From Obrimoposthia wandeli (Eukaryota), in contig CDROCS010001561.1 of the NCBI GenBank assembly GCA_977020255.1, positions 62,001-126,000 on the forward strand: a stretch of DNA of 64,000 nucleotides. Reading direction: 5' to 3'. Shown here one piece after another: positions 30,801 to 45,100 of the stretch. The notes below the pieces were generated by a model that saw only the letters and a program-made list of their open reading frames with translations, did no database searches and was not told the DNA's origin. Position 1 is the stretch's first letter. Each line of letters begins with the position of its first letter. The position numbers and the translations under genes were made by a program.

Positions 30801-33800
30801 ACTTAAACTTTCTAAGTTTAACATTACGTTGCCTCAGTTATAAAGTTAGGCGTCAAGCTGCATTAAACACAGCACATACAAACAGTAGCTTGGTGTTTGG
30901 GACTGCTATACTTCACCGATATATGTGAATAACCTCTCTAAATTTGTACTGTGTAAACCGATATCAGTAATAAAGTAAAACGATCGGAAAAGAACTGGTA
31001 TAAACTTTATTATGCAAAATTGACTGTATATGACATAATTAAAGGCAGCCCAAAATATTACTGTAGTGGAAATTTTTAACAATTGACAATCAATTATAAT
31101 CGTAATTGACTTAGTGCCATTTTTATAATTTTCATTAACTTTCACTTATAACGTAACAGTATTAAGAGATATTATACCGGAAATTATATCATTGAAAGTC
31201 TGTTAATTTTTAGAATTTCAAAACATAATAATAGTAAACTTCATATTCAACAAGAGTAAATGTCTTTTTTTAATTCAAAATATAACTTTAGCTATTCTTT
31301 CATTTGCACAAAATATTAATTAATATTTTCGATGTTAGGAGAATGTGAAATTTCGGAATTTATGTTTCGAAGTTATGAATACCGAAAAGTTAACATACGT
31401 TTGGTTTAATAGGACTCCACCAAATGAAGAATGTCGAACCGTGTAATTTTTACCAACGAGGGGATACAGAATTTATTATTATCCAATTTATGAATTTAAA
31501 TTTTAATAATTTGAGTATTGTTAAAAATATTGTAATCATCTCCAGCAGAATTAAATGAAGCTATTTGAAGTCATGAGTTGTAAATTTTAATCATATAATA
31601 ATTGTAGCATCTTTGGTGGACTTATAACACCAAAAATCTTTGAAAGTCGAAACTTACGCATGGTTTTACCGATAAATCAAAAAATACACTGAACACTAAA
31701 AGCGTGGGTAGAGTCAATTAACGTTTTGCACTTTTTACAAACACGCAAGTTATACTTTGTACATACATTTGGGGTTCTATTTTGATTACAACAACTTTTT
31801 TTTTATGCATAGTTAATTCATTTTTTAAGGACAGTAGGTTCAGCTGGTTGTTAAGAATCATATTATGCCTTTCCTTCGTCTGGCAAAAGTGAAAGTTTGG
31901 TCTGTGGGAGACGGACTAACAGAGATATCACCCCTTTATGTCAGGGACGCCATCTCACAGCGCCAGCTCTATCTTCAACTGCGCCAAGACATCGTGCACA
32001 GAAACTGTCCTCCACTAACCTTTTCCGACAGCATAACTTTGGCGGGACTGGCAATGCGAGCAGAGTACGGTGACCCTGGTGACGAAGCCCAGGATGACAA
32101 AGGGTGAGCACTTTCACAGCAAAATGTTTACCAACAATAAAAGAAAGAGAAGCTGAATGCGTGAAAAAATAATTTATGTAGGATTGGTATTGTAGTGAAT
32201 ACTATTATTAATTCAAAAGGATTTTCTTGAATTTATTATTAGAGACGACAATAATGCCAATTTCCGCCTTCCCAATACGTCGAGAAGTCATTGTTGCTGG
32301 GTGATGTTCACAAAAAAGCACCAATATGCAACCTCGTGATTAGTTTCAATTGTTATGCTGTTGAATTTCCTGAATATGATTAAAAGTCATTGAGTAAATT
32401 TAAAATATATTTTGTCACTTTATGACTATTGAGTACTGGTCTGTATTTTTCAACGAGATATCTGCTGGGAAGAAATTGGAAGAAATGGAAATCTGTATTT
32501 TTTTCAGATTAGTCCGGAATAATCATTAAGAGTATACATACCAAAATAGTGTCGCCTGTATCTAAAATTTTGAAAGTAGTTAGTCAAAATAGATGTATTT
32601 TTGGAAGTTTCGTTAGATTAATTAGTTGTAAGATAGCCTTTATCAAGTGGAAATTGTTCCAAAACGGCCATCGACTGACTTATTTTCCGAATCAATTCAA
32701 ATTACTTCAGAGTTCCTCCGGATAGCTAAACAAATCAGAGTTCTGAATCCACTTATGTTGACGCATCCCCACCATATCATCTCATAGAAGTCCGAGGTGG
32801 TGATTTTCTATTTTATTTTGTTATCTGAGAGGTCCTGACAGGGTTCTGTTCATTTATCCATCAAATCCTTCCACCACATTTGTTTTATTTTTCAACGGGT
32901 AATGTAACATGCTATCAAATAGAATTGTCTGCTCAACTTGTACAAAACCGTTGTCCTGACTTCATCCCTATAATCTCCGGTTAACAAAAGGTTAAAGGTT
33001 CATTCGAGCATATTTCAAAATTTTCAAATTGTAACTTTAATCCCTTTGAGTCTTAACTTTTACTTTTTATCAATCTACAAATTATGACCTCGATATTTAT
33101 TTAGTTGAACAGTTTTGAGATATTCCACCCATGCAGTTTTTCTCTTATTTTTGACCTATAGATGGATGTTGTATAACTAACTGATCTTAATGTACAAAAT
33201 TACTCACACCACGTCTTACATCTAGAGTATTATGTCAATGAACCACGTAAACATCAAAATATTAAGGAAAATCATAAAATACGAACTTTAAGAAATATTT
33301 GCTTCTTTCTATTTAGTCTTTTCAATTTACGAATAGTTTCATATTATGTTTTACACATTTGCATTTTTGTTCGACTAGTAGAAGAACATTCTATTTTGTC
33401 CTAACTGTGTAAATAAATATTACATTTTAATATTTTGATTCTATTTTGATTCCATACTCATCAGACAAATGACGGTGGAAAACTACTTTCATTCCTCTTT
33501 CCATCGCTATCTGGATGCCTATGAGAACGAGACGGAGTTTCTTCTGCAACACCAGAATTGCTGGAAGAGCTTCAGCTGGCAAGAGTGTCAGAGACGATTT
33601 ATTGAGGTTAGTTTCATTGAGAACTTTGGTTTTCTTTATTTTTGGATTGTTTCATAAGTCTTGTTGCCTTTAACCCATTATTACGGGAATATTGTCTCAA
33701 ATTTACTCAATTTTCATCAAGAAAATACTACTTCAAAATCATAAAATAAAACAATTTGACATAGAAATATATTGAAACATTCAATAATACAAGTGGAGAA

Positions 33801-36136
33801 ACGAAATATGCGCTAGTTTTAAAACATCATGCTGCCATTTGGATTGACCAGGATTTTAAAGTGAAAAGTGATTGTGAATTTTTAGAGTTCTAATAAAGAA
33901 GATTAACAAAATTTTGTGGTTTTAATATAATAAGTCGAAAGCAATAGTAAGTCTTTTCAACGTTTAGTAAAACATGCGCACAATATCGCATTTCGAGTTA
34001 TAAGATTATTTATGTGACGTCTTGATTGCTGAATCTTGACATAGGTTAACTGAACTACTAACGTACCCATACATGGTACAACTACTTTGGATGTCGCTAG
34101 TAAGCTTATATTATTTTTACTTAAATAATAAATTTGTCGATAGTACTCAGTTTGCTAAAATTATCCACTTCAATTCACTGATAATATTTGAGACTCTCAA
34201 ATACTAAAGGACAGTTTTGAGATTTTTAGTGTTCTGGAAGTAAAATAAAGCCTAGTCTGACTTCATCTTACATGAGATCCCATTGACACGTATATGGGAG
34301 TCTATTCAGTTATAACAATTAATTATAAAGAACGATCTGTTACAAAAAATGAAATGTTTGTATTGGTTTCTAATAGAATGTTTTTGCAAACGTGAGCCAA
34401 GTATTTCATCTTGCCGTTTAGAAACATTTAAATATGTTATTAAGTAATGTATTTGACCCTGACTTATTAATACGGGTTCTTTAGACATCAGCATTTCATA
34501 ATCTGTATTCCTAATATCATTTTCCATAATACTCTCTTCGGTATCTATCTCAGATATAGAAATTTTGCAATTTACACCGATAATCTAATTAGTTAAGGAT
34601 AAAAAATATTAGCTTGCCTTTATAGACATAAAATTATAATTCAAGTTTTTTTGAACTTGCTGGTGCATTAAAATTATTTCTGTCGCCATCAGAATGCAAA
34701 AATATCCCTAAAAAGTTTATTTTAATTACAGTGAAAATGTTCATATTGCGATGAATATGTAAACTGATTGTTAAAATATATTATAATTTCAATTGTTGAA
34801 ACTGTTTTGCAATTTTTCAGCGAGTGCAAGAACAACGATTCTACGGCATGCACTGGTATCGAGTCAATAAGGTAATACATTTTTAGCACTATTTCATCTT
34901 TGTATTTCTTTTCACTATATATATATATATAACATGCTATTTTTATTTCGGGAGTATCTTCCTTATCATCAGAAATTATTTAACATTGGATTCAAATTGC
35001 TTTATAGCATATAGCCAAACTCTGATTAAGCGGTAGATCAATAATATTATTTTAATATATTTGAAATGTTGATTGAATCTTGCTGAAAATTTGATCCTGG
35101 ATTATGTAATCTGATAAGTAAAGCTTCAGCAGTAATCCTCTCGCGGTAAACAGCTGCAAAGAGCTACATAAAAAAACAAAATACAGAATTAGTCTACACG
35201 AAATCTGTGTAGGAGCTCTAGTATGCTGGGACAAACCTAATAATAAAGTACTACTAAGCTTAAGATATAACAACAAGGAGATTCAACAGCTGTCACTCAA
35301 CTGCAGAAGAATCGCAATTGAAGAATCCAGTAAAATCTACAAAGTCCACATGCTGCACATGTCATACTTGACGCAACTAGGTCGAAGGAGATGAGGAGTC
35401 GTAGAGAAATATGTTGCTTCTTCTGGTTCAGGAGAAAACATAGATTGCTGTAGCATTTGTGCTTGATTAATATATCTATAAATTGCAAAATATATGACGA
35501 TTTTTGTTGATGAATGTAATTTCAAAACTATTTAATTTTTTTCGCATATTGCATGTTTTGGAATTATATAAAAATATTATATATATAAACACTTTTCAAG
35601 TCTAAATTTTCTTCTGTTTATATTTAACCCTGTTGTTCAAACTGTAAATTGAGTTTTAAATGTATGGACTAATTTCAGAAGAAGATCGCTTACTTCATTT
35701 GAGTGTTATCTGGGGCAACAGTTTGTTGTTTTAAAAATCCCAAACGAAACCTCTGAAATCTAACCCCTAAACCTTTGTTCAGTTATTCTTAAGCAACTCT
35801 GCCACATCAAATCATTCATAGATTTCTCTTTTCCTGTCGTATTTGATGATTTTTGCTGTACGCCTGTATGCGGCCCGAAACTGAATAACCAAGGTAACAT
35901 AATCAGGATGTATGGTTAAGTGGGAGTTGGTTTTTATCATTAGACTTTCCATAGTTAAAATCGAGATCTCTACCAAATATATTCGGGAGAGTTTGACTGC
36001 TCGCGTCGATAATTTGAGTGCTAATAAATAAACTTACTCGGAGACAATGTATAAATGTATAATTTATAATAATTAGGTCCAAGCCCAAAGTCGGTAAAAA
36101 TTATTTATTCTAACCGTAATTATTTTTATCGGGCGG

Positions 36137-36180
<44 letters not shown>

Positions 36181-39100
36181 ATTTGCATAGTAGAGGCTTG
36201 GGCCCAAACGCCACCATGTCTGGGGAATTGCTCAGGCGGGGCTTACAAGTATGCTTGTCCAAGTAAAACTCGTAGGTTTAGAAGACTCCCAACTGCATCT
36301 CTTGTACACTGATGACGAGTCGCCTTTGCTGCCACCCAGAACCAGCTGGAGGTGATGGGCGCTCTTGGAAAGGAGACATGTCTGCTGATCGGCTGCGATG
36401 GCATCCAGCTCGTCGACAAGAGCAGCAACAGTACTACCGGAAATTGTGGTCTCGAGAGCAGCGTCCACCGGCACTTCTGCTACAAGTGGCGACAGATCGA
36501 AGTAATCAGCCTCAAACAAAAGAAGCTGATCGTCATTAAACCGCGACTCCAGCTCAAGGTGCACGGTGTCAATGAGGCCAGCAGTTTCTACCAATGTCAC
36601 ATTGACAGTCACACCAAGTAAGTGTCCGCATTTACCATTTGTCAAGAACGAAATTATATACGGTTTTGTCCAATTTTATAGACAGACATTATTTTTACCT
36701 TCATTTGGTAAAAAGTACCATGAGAAAAGAGCAGTGCTTGACAGGTTTGGAAAGTCGCTTGAAAAAAAATCGTAGAGTGTTATCCTGAAGTAAATGGAAT
36801 ATTCATGCATGATCAATTTATCAATCATGTTTCTCTACCATACATCTGATATCATATCTAACTAATTAGAAGACAATGCTGTACAGGTGCTTTACTGACC
36901 TAGAAATAACCCAAATCTTATATCCCTTGAAAATATAGGGAAGATATGAAAATTATGGGAAACGTTAAAATGTAACAATTAATAATAAAACAAGAAACTC
37001 TTAGCAAACTTATCGAATCAGTACCTCGTAAAAGCAAGCAGCAAAAATGAGCAATCAAAAAAATTAAAGATTATTTTAAGGTATATTTATGTGTATGTAG
37101 TTAATTTCTTTTATAGAATCACAAATTTCCAATTTCAAGTGGGCCTTAGTTGAATTAAGTAAAATAGTTGAAATGAATGCAACAAAAGTCGAATATTTAC
37201 TTTGTCTCTCTTCAATTTGCCAATACTGTATACATTAGAAATATATTAGGCGAATTAAACATTTTACAGATTTGGTTATGAGTGAAATTCTTTTTTTAAA
37301 TTATTAATGATTTATTAAAGAAAGATATATATTAAATAAGTTAATTATTTAACTAACAATTTGCATATGCTGTTAAATTTTAAATATTGATTCATGGAAT
37401 TATATTTTAAAACTCAAAAATTAAACATTTTACATTATTGAATAAATATTTTTTCTAAGTTTGTTTTTAGTGTTTCTGAGTCAATCTATTTTAGATGGAA
37501 TCTTTCAAAAGAAAATTAGTTCTTGATTCAATAAAGTATCTTATTCGCCAAGAAATAAATGAAGGAAAAACAATAACTGTACTTTCTAAAAATAATCCAC
37601 CCACAATTTAAAAAACTAAATGAAAAGTTCCAGGACAATATAATACCAAAAATCGTGTTGGTCAAATTAAAAATAAGTATCAGAAAGATCAAAAATACAA
37701 GCAAAGAGAAACAGTGTCAAAAATATAAAGAGAATATTTCAGAAAATGTTTCACTCAGAACCCTCCAAAAAGATCTTTAAGAAAGTAAGTCGTTTGTATT
37801 ACGTAATATACAAAAGAAAATTAAATTGTCTGAAAATCAAAAGAGAAACCGGATGACAAAAATTAAATAGTAGTAAATATATAATCCAGATTTTCATTAA
37901 ACTACCATAATAATTTCTTGGGATGAAAATCATACGAAGAAGATGGAACATATGTAAGAGATTTGCGAGAATTTGGTGGAGGAGTAATGGTTTATGGTTT
38001 TATAACTTTTAATGGAACTTTGATTATTCAAAATATCGATGGCACTTGGAATGGTAAGAAACACCGTAAATTAAGTATTCGGAATCTGGGACAGTATCGT
38101 CAATTATAACATAGTGTCTGTACAAAAGTAAATTACGTTTAAATTAATTGAACTCCTCTCTTTTGATTCCAATAGTTTCCAAATATTTTAATAATACTTC
38201 TTGATTAACACCTACTCACAAAATTGTATTTCCTGTTTACAACCATGAGTTGGGTTACGTATAATTGACCTAAATATATTGTTTTGATATCAATTTACCT
38301 GAATGAATGAAACACGCTTTCATTTTAAAACAACAATTACTTTCCCCTTCTTCGAGGGTTGTTTTAATAACGTAAACTAGTTTACCTTTCATCTAAATGC
38401 ACTGTTTCTCTGTGGTCATCCCCAAAGCAATAGTAAAGGCTTCGTCACAACTGGTTATGTTTTCTCTTATTTTTCAAATATTCTGATGGTCTTTTTTTTG
38501 GGGAATTATATTTCATTACACACAATGGCCATTTGCAATGATTTGTTGTAACCTATGCACAACAGTCTTTCATGAGCTACCCTACGCAGAGCGAAGTACA
38601 TCATTCGATTATGTCGCAAGCACCACTTGTTGGCGTCACAGTTCGAGGACTCGACAATCGTCAATGGCGCCGACAATCCCAGTCAGTATCAACAGCAGAA
38701 ATACGAGAGTAATAAAATGATTAGTCGCAGAGGTCTTCCTTCACATCTCAGATCAGGTGAGTTATGATCTCCCGGGGAGACACCAAATTCAGATTTATCT
38801 GCACTAATACAGTATTGTCCAAATTAATTGAAACCAACACTATGTAGATGGTATCATGAAAAATAGAGCAGTACATCACAGTTTTGGAGATTTGTGTGAA
38901 TATACAGATGAAAGAGTGGTATCCGGAAGGAAATGACATATTTATGCATGATCGATTTCTCTACCATACAGGCGAGATCATATCTAATTATCTGGAAGAC
39001 AATGGTGTAAGGATGTTAGACTAGCCTAGGAATGAGCAAGATATTAACTCATTTAAAAGTCTTTGGTGGATGATAAAATATAGTTGGACATGTGAAAATG

Positions 39101-42100
39101 TAACAACAAAATATCACATCATTATTTATTATTGGAATTATGTCTATTATATCTACGAAACCCTTAGCAACTCATCGAATAAATACCTCGTAGAAAGCAA
39201 GTAGCAAAAGAGACACACAATAATTAAAAATATTTTCTGGTTATTTAATATGAATTTTTTTGCATACAAATATGTATATGTTTTAGGAACCGTGAGTGCA
39301 GATGAACCGGACACTGTCGAACCACGTTGAAAGGGAACAATTGTACGTAAAGAGTAATTAAATTCAATTTTCTCCTTATCCACCATTAAACCTTTTCGAC
39401 AATAAAATAATTTTTTTAGATGTGTGTTTAACAAAATTCTACATTGTAAATCACAAATGATTTGTTCTTTTAGACCAGTGGTTCATAAACTGCATTATGC
39501 AATGGTAAGGTAGGTGATACGCAGAGGTTATAAATGGAAAATTAAATCACATTATTAAATTAAAGACCAAAAAATGTAAATACCCATTTGATAAAGCAGC
39601 ATACATGTGACGTACCTGTACTGTGACAAAGCCGAAAATAATCTTTTCAAAAAAAAAGTTCAAGAAATGCAAACAAGTGCTTGTTGTTAACATTATTTTA
39701 TTTTGTTTGCATTTGTAAAATTAGAGGTACGTCTTTGCTTAAAATAATTATATTTTTTGTAAATTAAGATTAGGAACCGCTGTCTAATTTAAAAGGCTAT
39801 TAATATTGCTGTGATATAGTGCCTCCCACCCGTAGAATAAATATCTTGCTTTAGCATACGAAAAAAGTCTTCTATCGGTCTGATTTGAGGAACTGGCTGG
39901 ATTCTCTTCCTTCGTCACAGTATTGAGTTAGTTATTTTCTAGATATTTCTCTGATGAAAGGAGATAATCGCTTTTCTATACACTTTTTGAAATAGATTTC
40001 TTTGTTGACACTCGAAATTGTTTTGAAATACAACGAGGTGATATTTAATTGATTGCTGTACGGAGTTTTATTTGTCACATTGCATTTATAGGGAGAGCTA
40101 ACAGTAGATGAGTAAACAAACATTATCAATCGATCACTATTCCAGGAGAACTGACAGTATTAACGAAATACATCCTAACTATATTTCAGTCAGTATCGAT
40201 TATCCGCGATCTCTTAAAAACTCTGTGGATTATCCAAATGGCGTATTTGTTGACTTTTCGTCAGATGACGATTCTAGAGACAATTCCAGTGACGAGCCAG
40301 AGGAAACGTACGATGGAAGTCGAAGTGCCCGTGAAGCCAAAGAGAGCACAGAGCGAAGATCTAGATGTGGGTGAGTGAAGTTATGTTTTATTGAAGTGGT
40401 TCGCAATTTTATTTCCCCCTTTTACTACCACAATAAAAATTTGTGATTTTTTTCATAATGATTTTTGTTTGTTTAACGAATACTTTGAAACACAATTATA
40501 ATCATTATTCGTAATATGTGAGCTATACTGGAATGTACCATATATGGTATGTTTGTAGATTAACCCGGAAAGTGAGGAAATCACTATTTTCTATTTACAT
40601 TAGATTTTTGATTTTTTAAAAATTATTTCAACCAGTTCTGATCATTTGCACTTTTTGACCAAAGTTGAATTTTCTCTCTTTATTCTTTATAACAAAAATA
40701 TATTATTCATATAGCGCATATAACTATTAAATTTGTGATTTATTACTGAAAAGCGCTGAATGTTTTTCAAAATTCTTTGTAATATTTTCTGAACGAAAAA
40801 GTTTTAAGCTGTTTTTAAATTGTTCAAAAGAATCTAGCTTAACATGTACACATTTGCAGATTGTTTGCAACACAACAGAATGGAAAGCCAGAAAATCTCA
40901 ATCCGAAGAGAGGAACCTCCTGTGGTGTTGTAGAAAGTAAATTTGTGTTTTGTTTTGTTTAATCTTTTTCTGCTCAGGATCAAATTTTCAAACCAAACAA
41001 ATGAAAAACAACGTTCAGAAATTGGATCCAACGTTCAAAGGTTTTTTTCATTGCATTGCGATTGTTAAATGTCCACAAGAGTTTTATTTATATGAATACC
41101 TAATAAAGTCGACCTCAAGATTGGCTCTTTAATTCATGTAAGCCACGGCTTACAACCTTGGAAAAGGATAGAAGCAAAATAAAAATTGTAAAAATGTGAT
41201 CTATCAGAATCAATATTATTCTTAAGTTGAACTATTTGATCTGGGAACATGAGAAAAGATATGTTGTACTTGTTAAATTAATTTATGTATCGCAATAATT
41301 AAATATTCGTTTTACCATAATTCTCTGCAAATTAATTTGTTAAAATTGTTTTAGAAATATTCGACTCCGACAACCAATTGAAACTGAAACCATCGCTAAA
41401 GGATTTTGGTAGAGTAAGTTTTATGTCAATTTTGTTGAAAAATATAATTTCAATTGTTTGTAATATATATATATATTATTTTTTTTTATTGACATTTATT
41501 TTTATTTAAAAATTTAATAATTTTTGTGGGTTATGGAGATTTGTGTGTAAAACTCTGGTGTAACTCTCAACTTTCTCCCAATGAAGCACCATGGTACTCT
41601 GCAAATAAAAAATATTACCGGCTGTTGCTAAGATAATAACATGTCAATAATTACAGGCGAATTCCGGAAAGTTACAATTTCGCATTAATAAAACCATTGT
41701 TCAAAGTCAAAATGGAGATAATACTTATTTTAAATTTTAAACTGATTTCAGACATCTCCTTCCTATCGAAATTTCTTTAAAAATTGATTTTGATACAGTT
41801 ATTTACCAATAATATAATATAAGTTATTATTCAACTGAACATGTGTACTTATGATGTTTCTAGACCCTCTTTTCCTAAAATATTATTAAAGATCAATGGA
41901 ATGAAACTGAATTGATTTAAAAGTTTTTTACATTTCCGCAAACAATCTATTATAATTGATGGCACTGTCTCAGATCCTAAATACTTAAAATAATTTGTTC
42001 TTCAGGATTCATTTAATGTCGGTGAAAATATTATTAATTTAAAAAGTATAATAAAGAAACTCGGTGCAAACATTACAATGAATTGTCAAATTAATATTGA

Positions 42101-45100
42101 TAAAACCATGCAACAGTCACATCAAAGATTTATCAAATAAGAAATTAGGAATATTAGGAATACAAAGACACAAAGCTTTCGTTTCATTGTCACTGTAGGA
42201 ATCAATCAGTTTGCAAATGCAGTCAAACCTGTGTATATAAAAAATTAAATGCTTTGGAAAGGTTTACGGTGAAATGACCTCTTTAACTTTTCTAATAATT
42301 AAAGGTGCAATTTTTTTCCTTCTTTTGTATTCCTTCGTACTCATAAATGAAATTGTTCACATTACAAAATCTAATAATAATTAGATATCCTTTTCTACGA
42401 ATTTAGTAGTAAAAGTTTGTGATAGAAACAGATATTTACCGACCGTCGCTAACATTTTTCCATAATTCCAAACTTTTTATTTGTTGAATGCAATCGTTTA
42501 AAATTAGCAGTAAATATTTTCTGGTGTCATTTAAATAAATGGCCAAATTTCCAGGCCTTGGAGAGTTTAAACGACTTAGTAAACAACGTAGAAGGTAGAA
42601 GGATGGAGTCTAGATCACTTAACCCCCCCCCTTGTGCGCACACAATTTTAAAGGATTTCACAACATAAGGGTGTCACACCATAGAAATGTCACACCATAA
42701 AGGTATATTTTGACTCACCATAAGGGTGTCTTGCCACACCATAAGGGTCTGGCTCAGAAAGGTTAAGATAGGGGGAGGGGGAAGGGTTAAGTGATTTAGT
42801 CTTCACCCTTCTTTGGTTAACCACTAAAGGGTTTTGGTCGTCCATAATTCAAAGGGTCAGGCAGAGTTTTGACTTGAAGGTTTTAAGGCACAGAAAGAAA
42901 ATACCCAATATAAAATATATGAAATTTAAAAATCAGTAATAGAGAATTAAAGAATTACTAAACTCTGCTATTTTATATTCTTTTGTGCGACAGAAATACC
43001 AATTAGACAAAAGACCATCCACCGAACGGTCCGGGGAAATGTTCGAGGTGGAGCTGCATCAGCTGGGCAACGAGGGTAGCCTTGGGATCGGGATTGTGGC
43101 GCTGTCAGAGCCGGTGACAGGTATATTTGTGAAGTGTCTGCGCAAGCACAGTCAAGCCGACCGACTGGGCACAGTGCGAGTGCACGACGAGATCGTGGCT
43201 GTCAATGGAGAGTCTGTGTCGCATCGAACCAAGGACGAAGTCGCCCAACTCATGCTCCAGTCCGGAGCCGTAGTCCGTCTTCAATTGCGCAGAGAGTAGG
43301 TGACGTTCATTGTCACTCCGTTGTCCACTGATCGTGAGCTAGGCATTCTAAAACTGATCACTGCAAATTATGTTTGAGCTGCATAATTCAACTATCCACA
43401 TTTTTAGTATAAATGAACAAGCATAGCATGTGTATGAAAACAAATCTAAAGCCAATAAAAGTGTATAGGTGTTGCAATATTACAATACACCTTTGTGATT
43501 CATACAAGACGCAGTCAGAAGAAACCTTCAGAAGTACTCTTTTACTAATAACGGATATTGCCTAATAGTACGACCTCTCCTAATAGTATGACTATCCAAT
43601 AGTATGACTATAATTGAAATTAAATATACGAAAGGTGGAAATCCTAAACCACCTTCAATTTCCAGAGTAAATTCGTGGATTAAAGATTCTTGGAATGATT
43701 TATCTATAAACAATATTGTAAATTCTATAAAATCTGCTGGCTTCTCAAATGTTTGTGCTGATTTGCATATTTCTAAGCATGATATTTATGGTGATTTATT
43801 TTAGGTAGGATTTGTTGAAACTCTATCAAACAATAATTCTCAAGAATTGAAAGATTTATCAGATGATTCTGACTTATTTGATATAGAAGATGAATAAATG
43901 TTTATTTTATACTTATATTATTTCTAACAGTAATACCAATTTATTGTTTAGAAATAAAATATTTTGTAAATAATTATTAAAATTTATTATTTTATTTGAA
44001 AGGTCCAAATAGTATGACCATAACCTTTTTAAAGGTCATACTATTACAATAGTATGGCCCATATTATTTGTCAATATCCGATAGTTTTAAGTTCACATTT
44101 TGGCCACAAACACCTTCTTATCCCATAGTACGTTTCTTCTTCAGTAAACACTTCTTGTTTAAGTCTTCCGTCATTCACAAACACAGATTTTTTCAACATT
44201 GAACAATCTGTCATCTTCACGATTACCTTTTTCTACTTCTACTACTCCAAGCTCTAATTCTGCTGTTCTTTGACAAAAACTACGGTATTCATTGAGTAAA
44301 TCGGATACCAATCTTTTTAAATGATTTTGTATTAATCAAAACCTATTTCAATACGCAGAAGTACTCTGATAAAAACTCTGAAATGCCAATGATAAAATTC
44401 ATATTACGTAAGCATTTATGAGAATTGTGAAAATGTTGTGAAAACACTATTTTTACTTCTATTTGGTAGAGGGTACCATGAGAAAAGAGCTGTACTTGAC
44501 AGTTTCGGAGAGTCGCATGAAAATGCAAATGGAAAGAACACATGATAGATTTTTCTACCATACATCCGAGATCATATCTAACTATTTGGAAGACAATAGT
44601 GTAAGTTTAACCCCCTTGAAAATCTTTGACAGATAGATAAAGATCGTTGAAAACGTGAAAATGTAACAAACATTGGTGCATATCCAGATTCATTTTTTAT
44701 TGTACTAATGATGATGGTATTCAGAAAACCCTTAGCGAGCAGGAAAAGAAAACTTTAAAAATTAAGAACATTTTTCTTTTAATTTTATATAAATATGTAT
44801 GTATAGTACTTTTCCTAATTTCAAGCGGGCAAAGTTGAATTAAATGAAATAGTTGACTTGAATGCATTAAACTGTAGATTTTAAGGTTGTCTTTATTCTT
44901 TTTGGTCAATACTCTAATTTCAGAGTCGTGATTAATACCACTGCTATATTTAAATATTAATTAACGCATGAAAATATAAATTTTATCATTTATTCTTTCT
45001 TCTAATTCAGCAATTACTCAACTGACAATCAAAAATCACCGTTGAAAGTAAACGAAGAAAGATGCTTTTCAAGTACACCAAAAAAAGAATTGAAGGTAAG

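Noticed and set aside
36232-36645. 137-aa minus-strand ORF, among the longest in the ORF track
   Set aside because: It is the antisense shadow of the GC-rich FERM F3 exon, with no independent motif.
14346-39345. Idea that TGA is read as sense, prompted by in-frame TGAs near 14450, 30243 and 39330
   Set aside because: Each is avoided by a good splice site, none of the confidently called exons contains TGA, and the gene ends on TGA.
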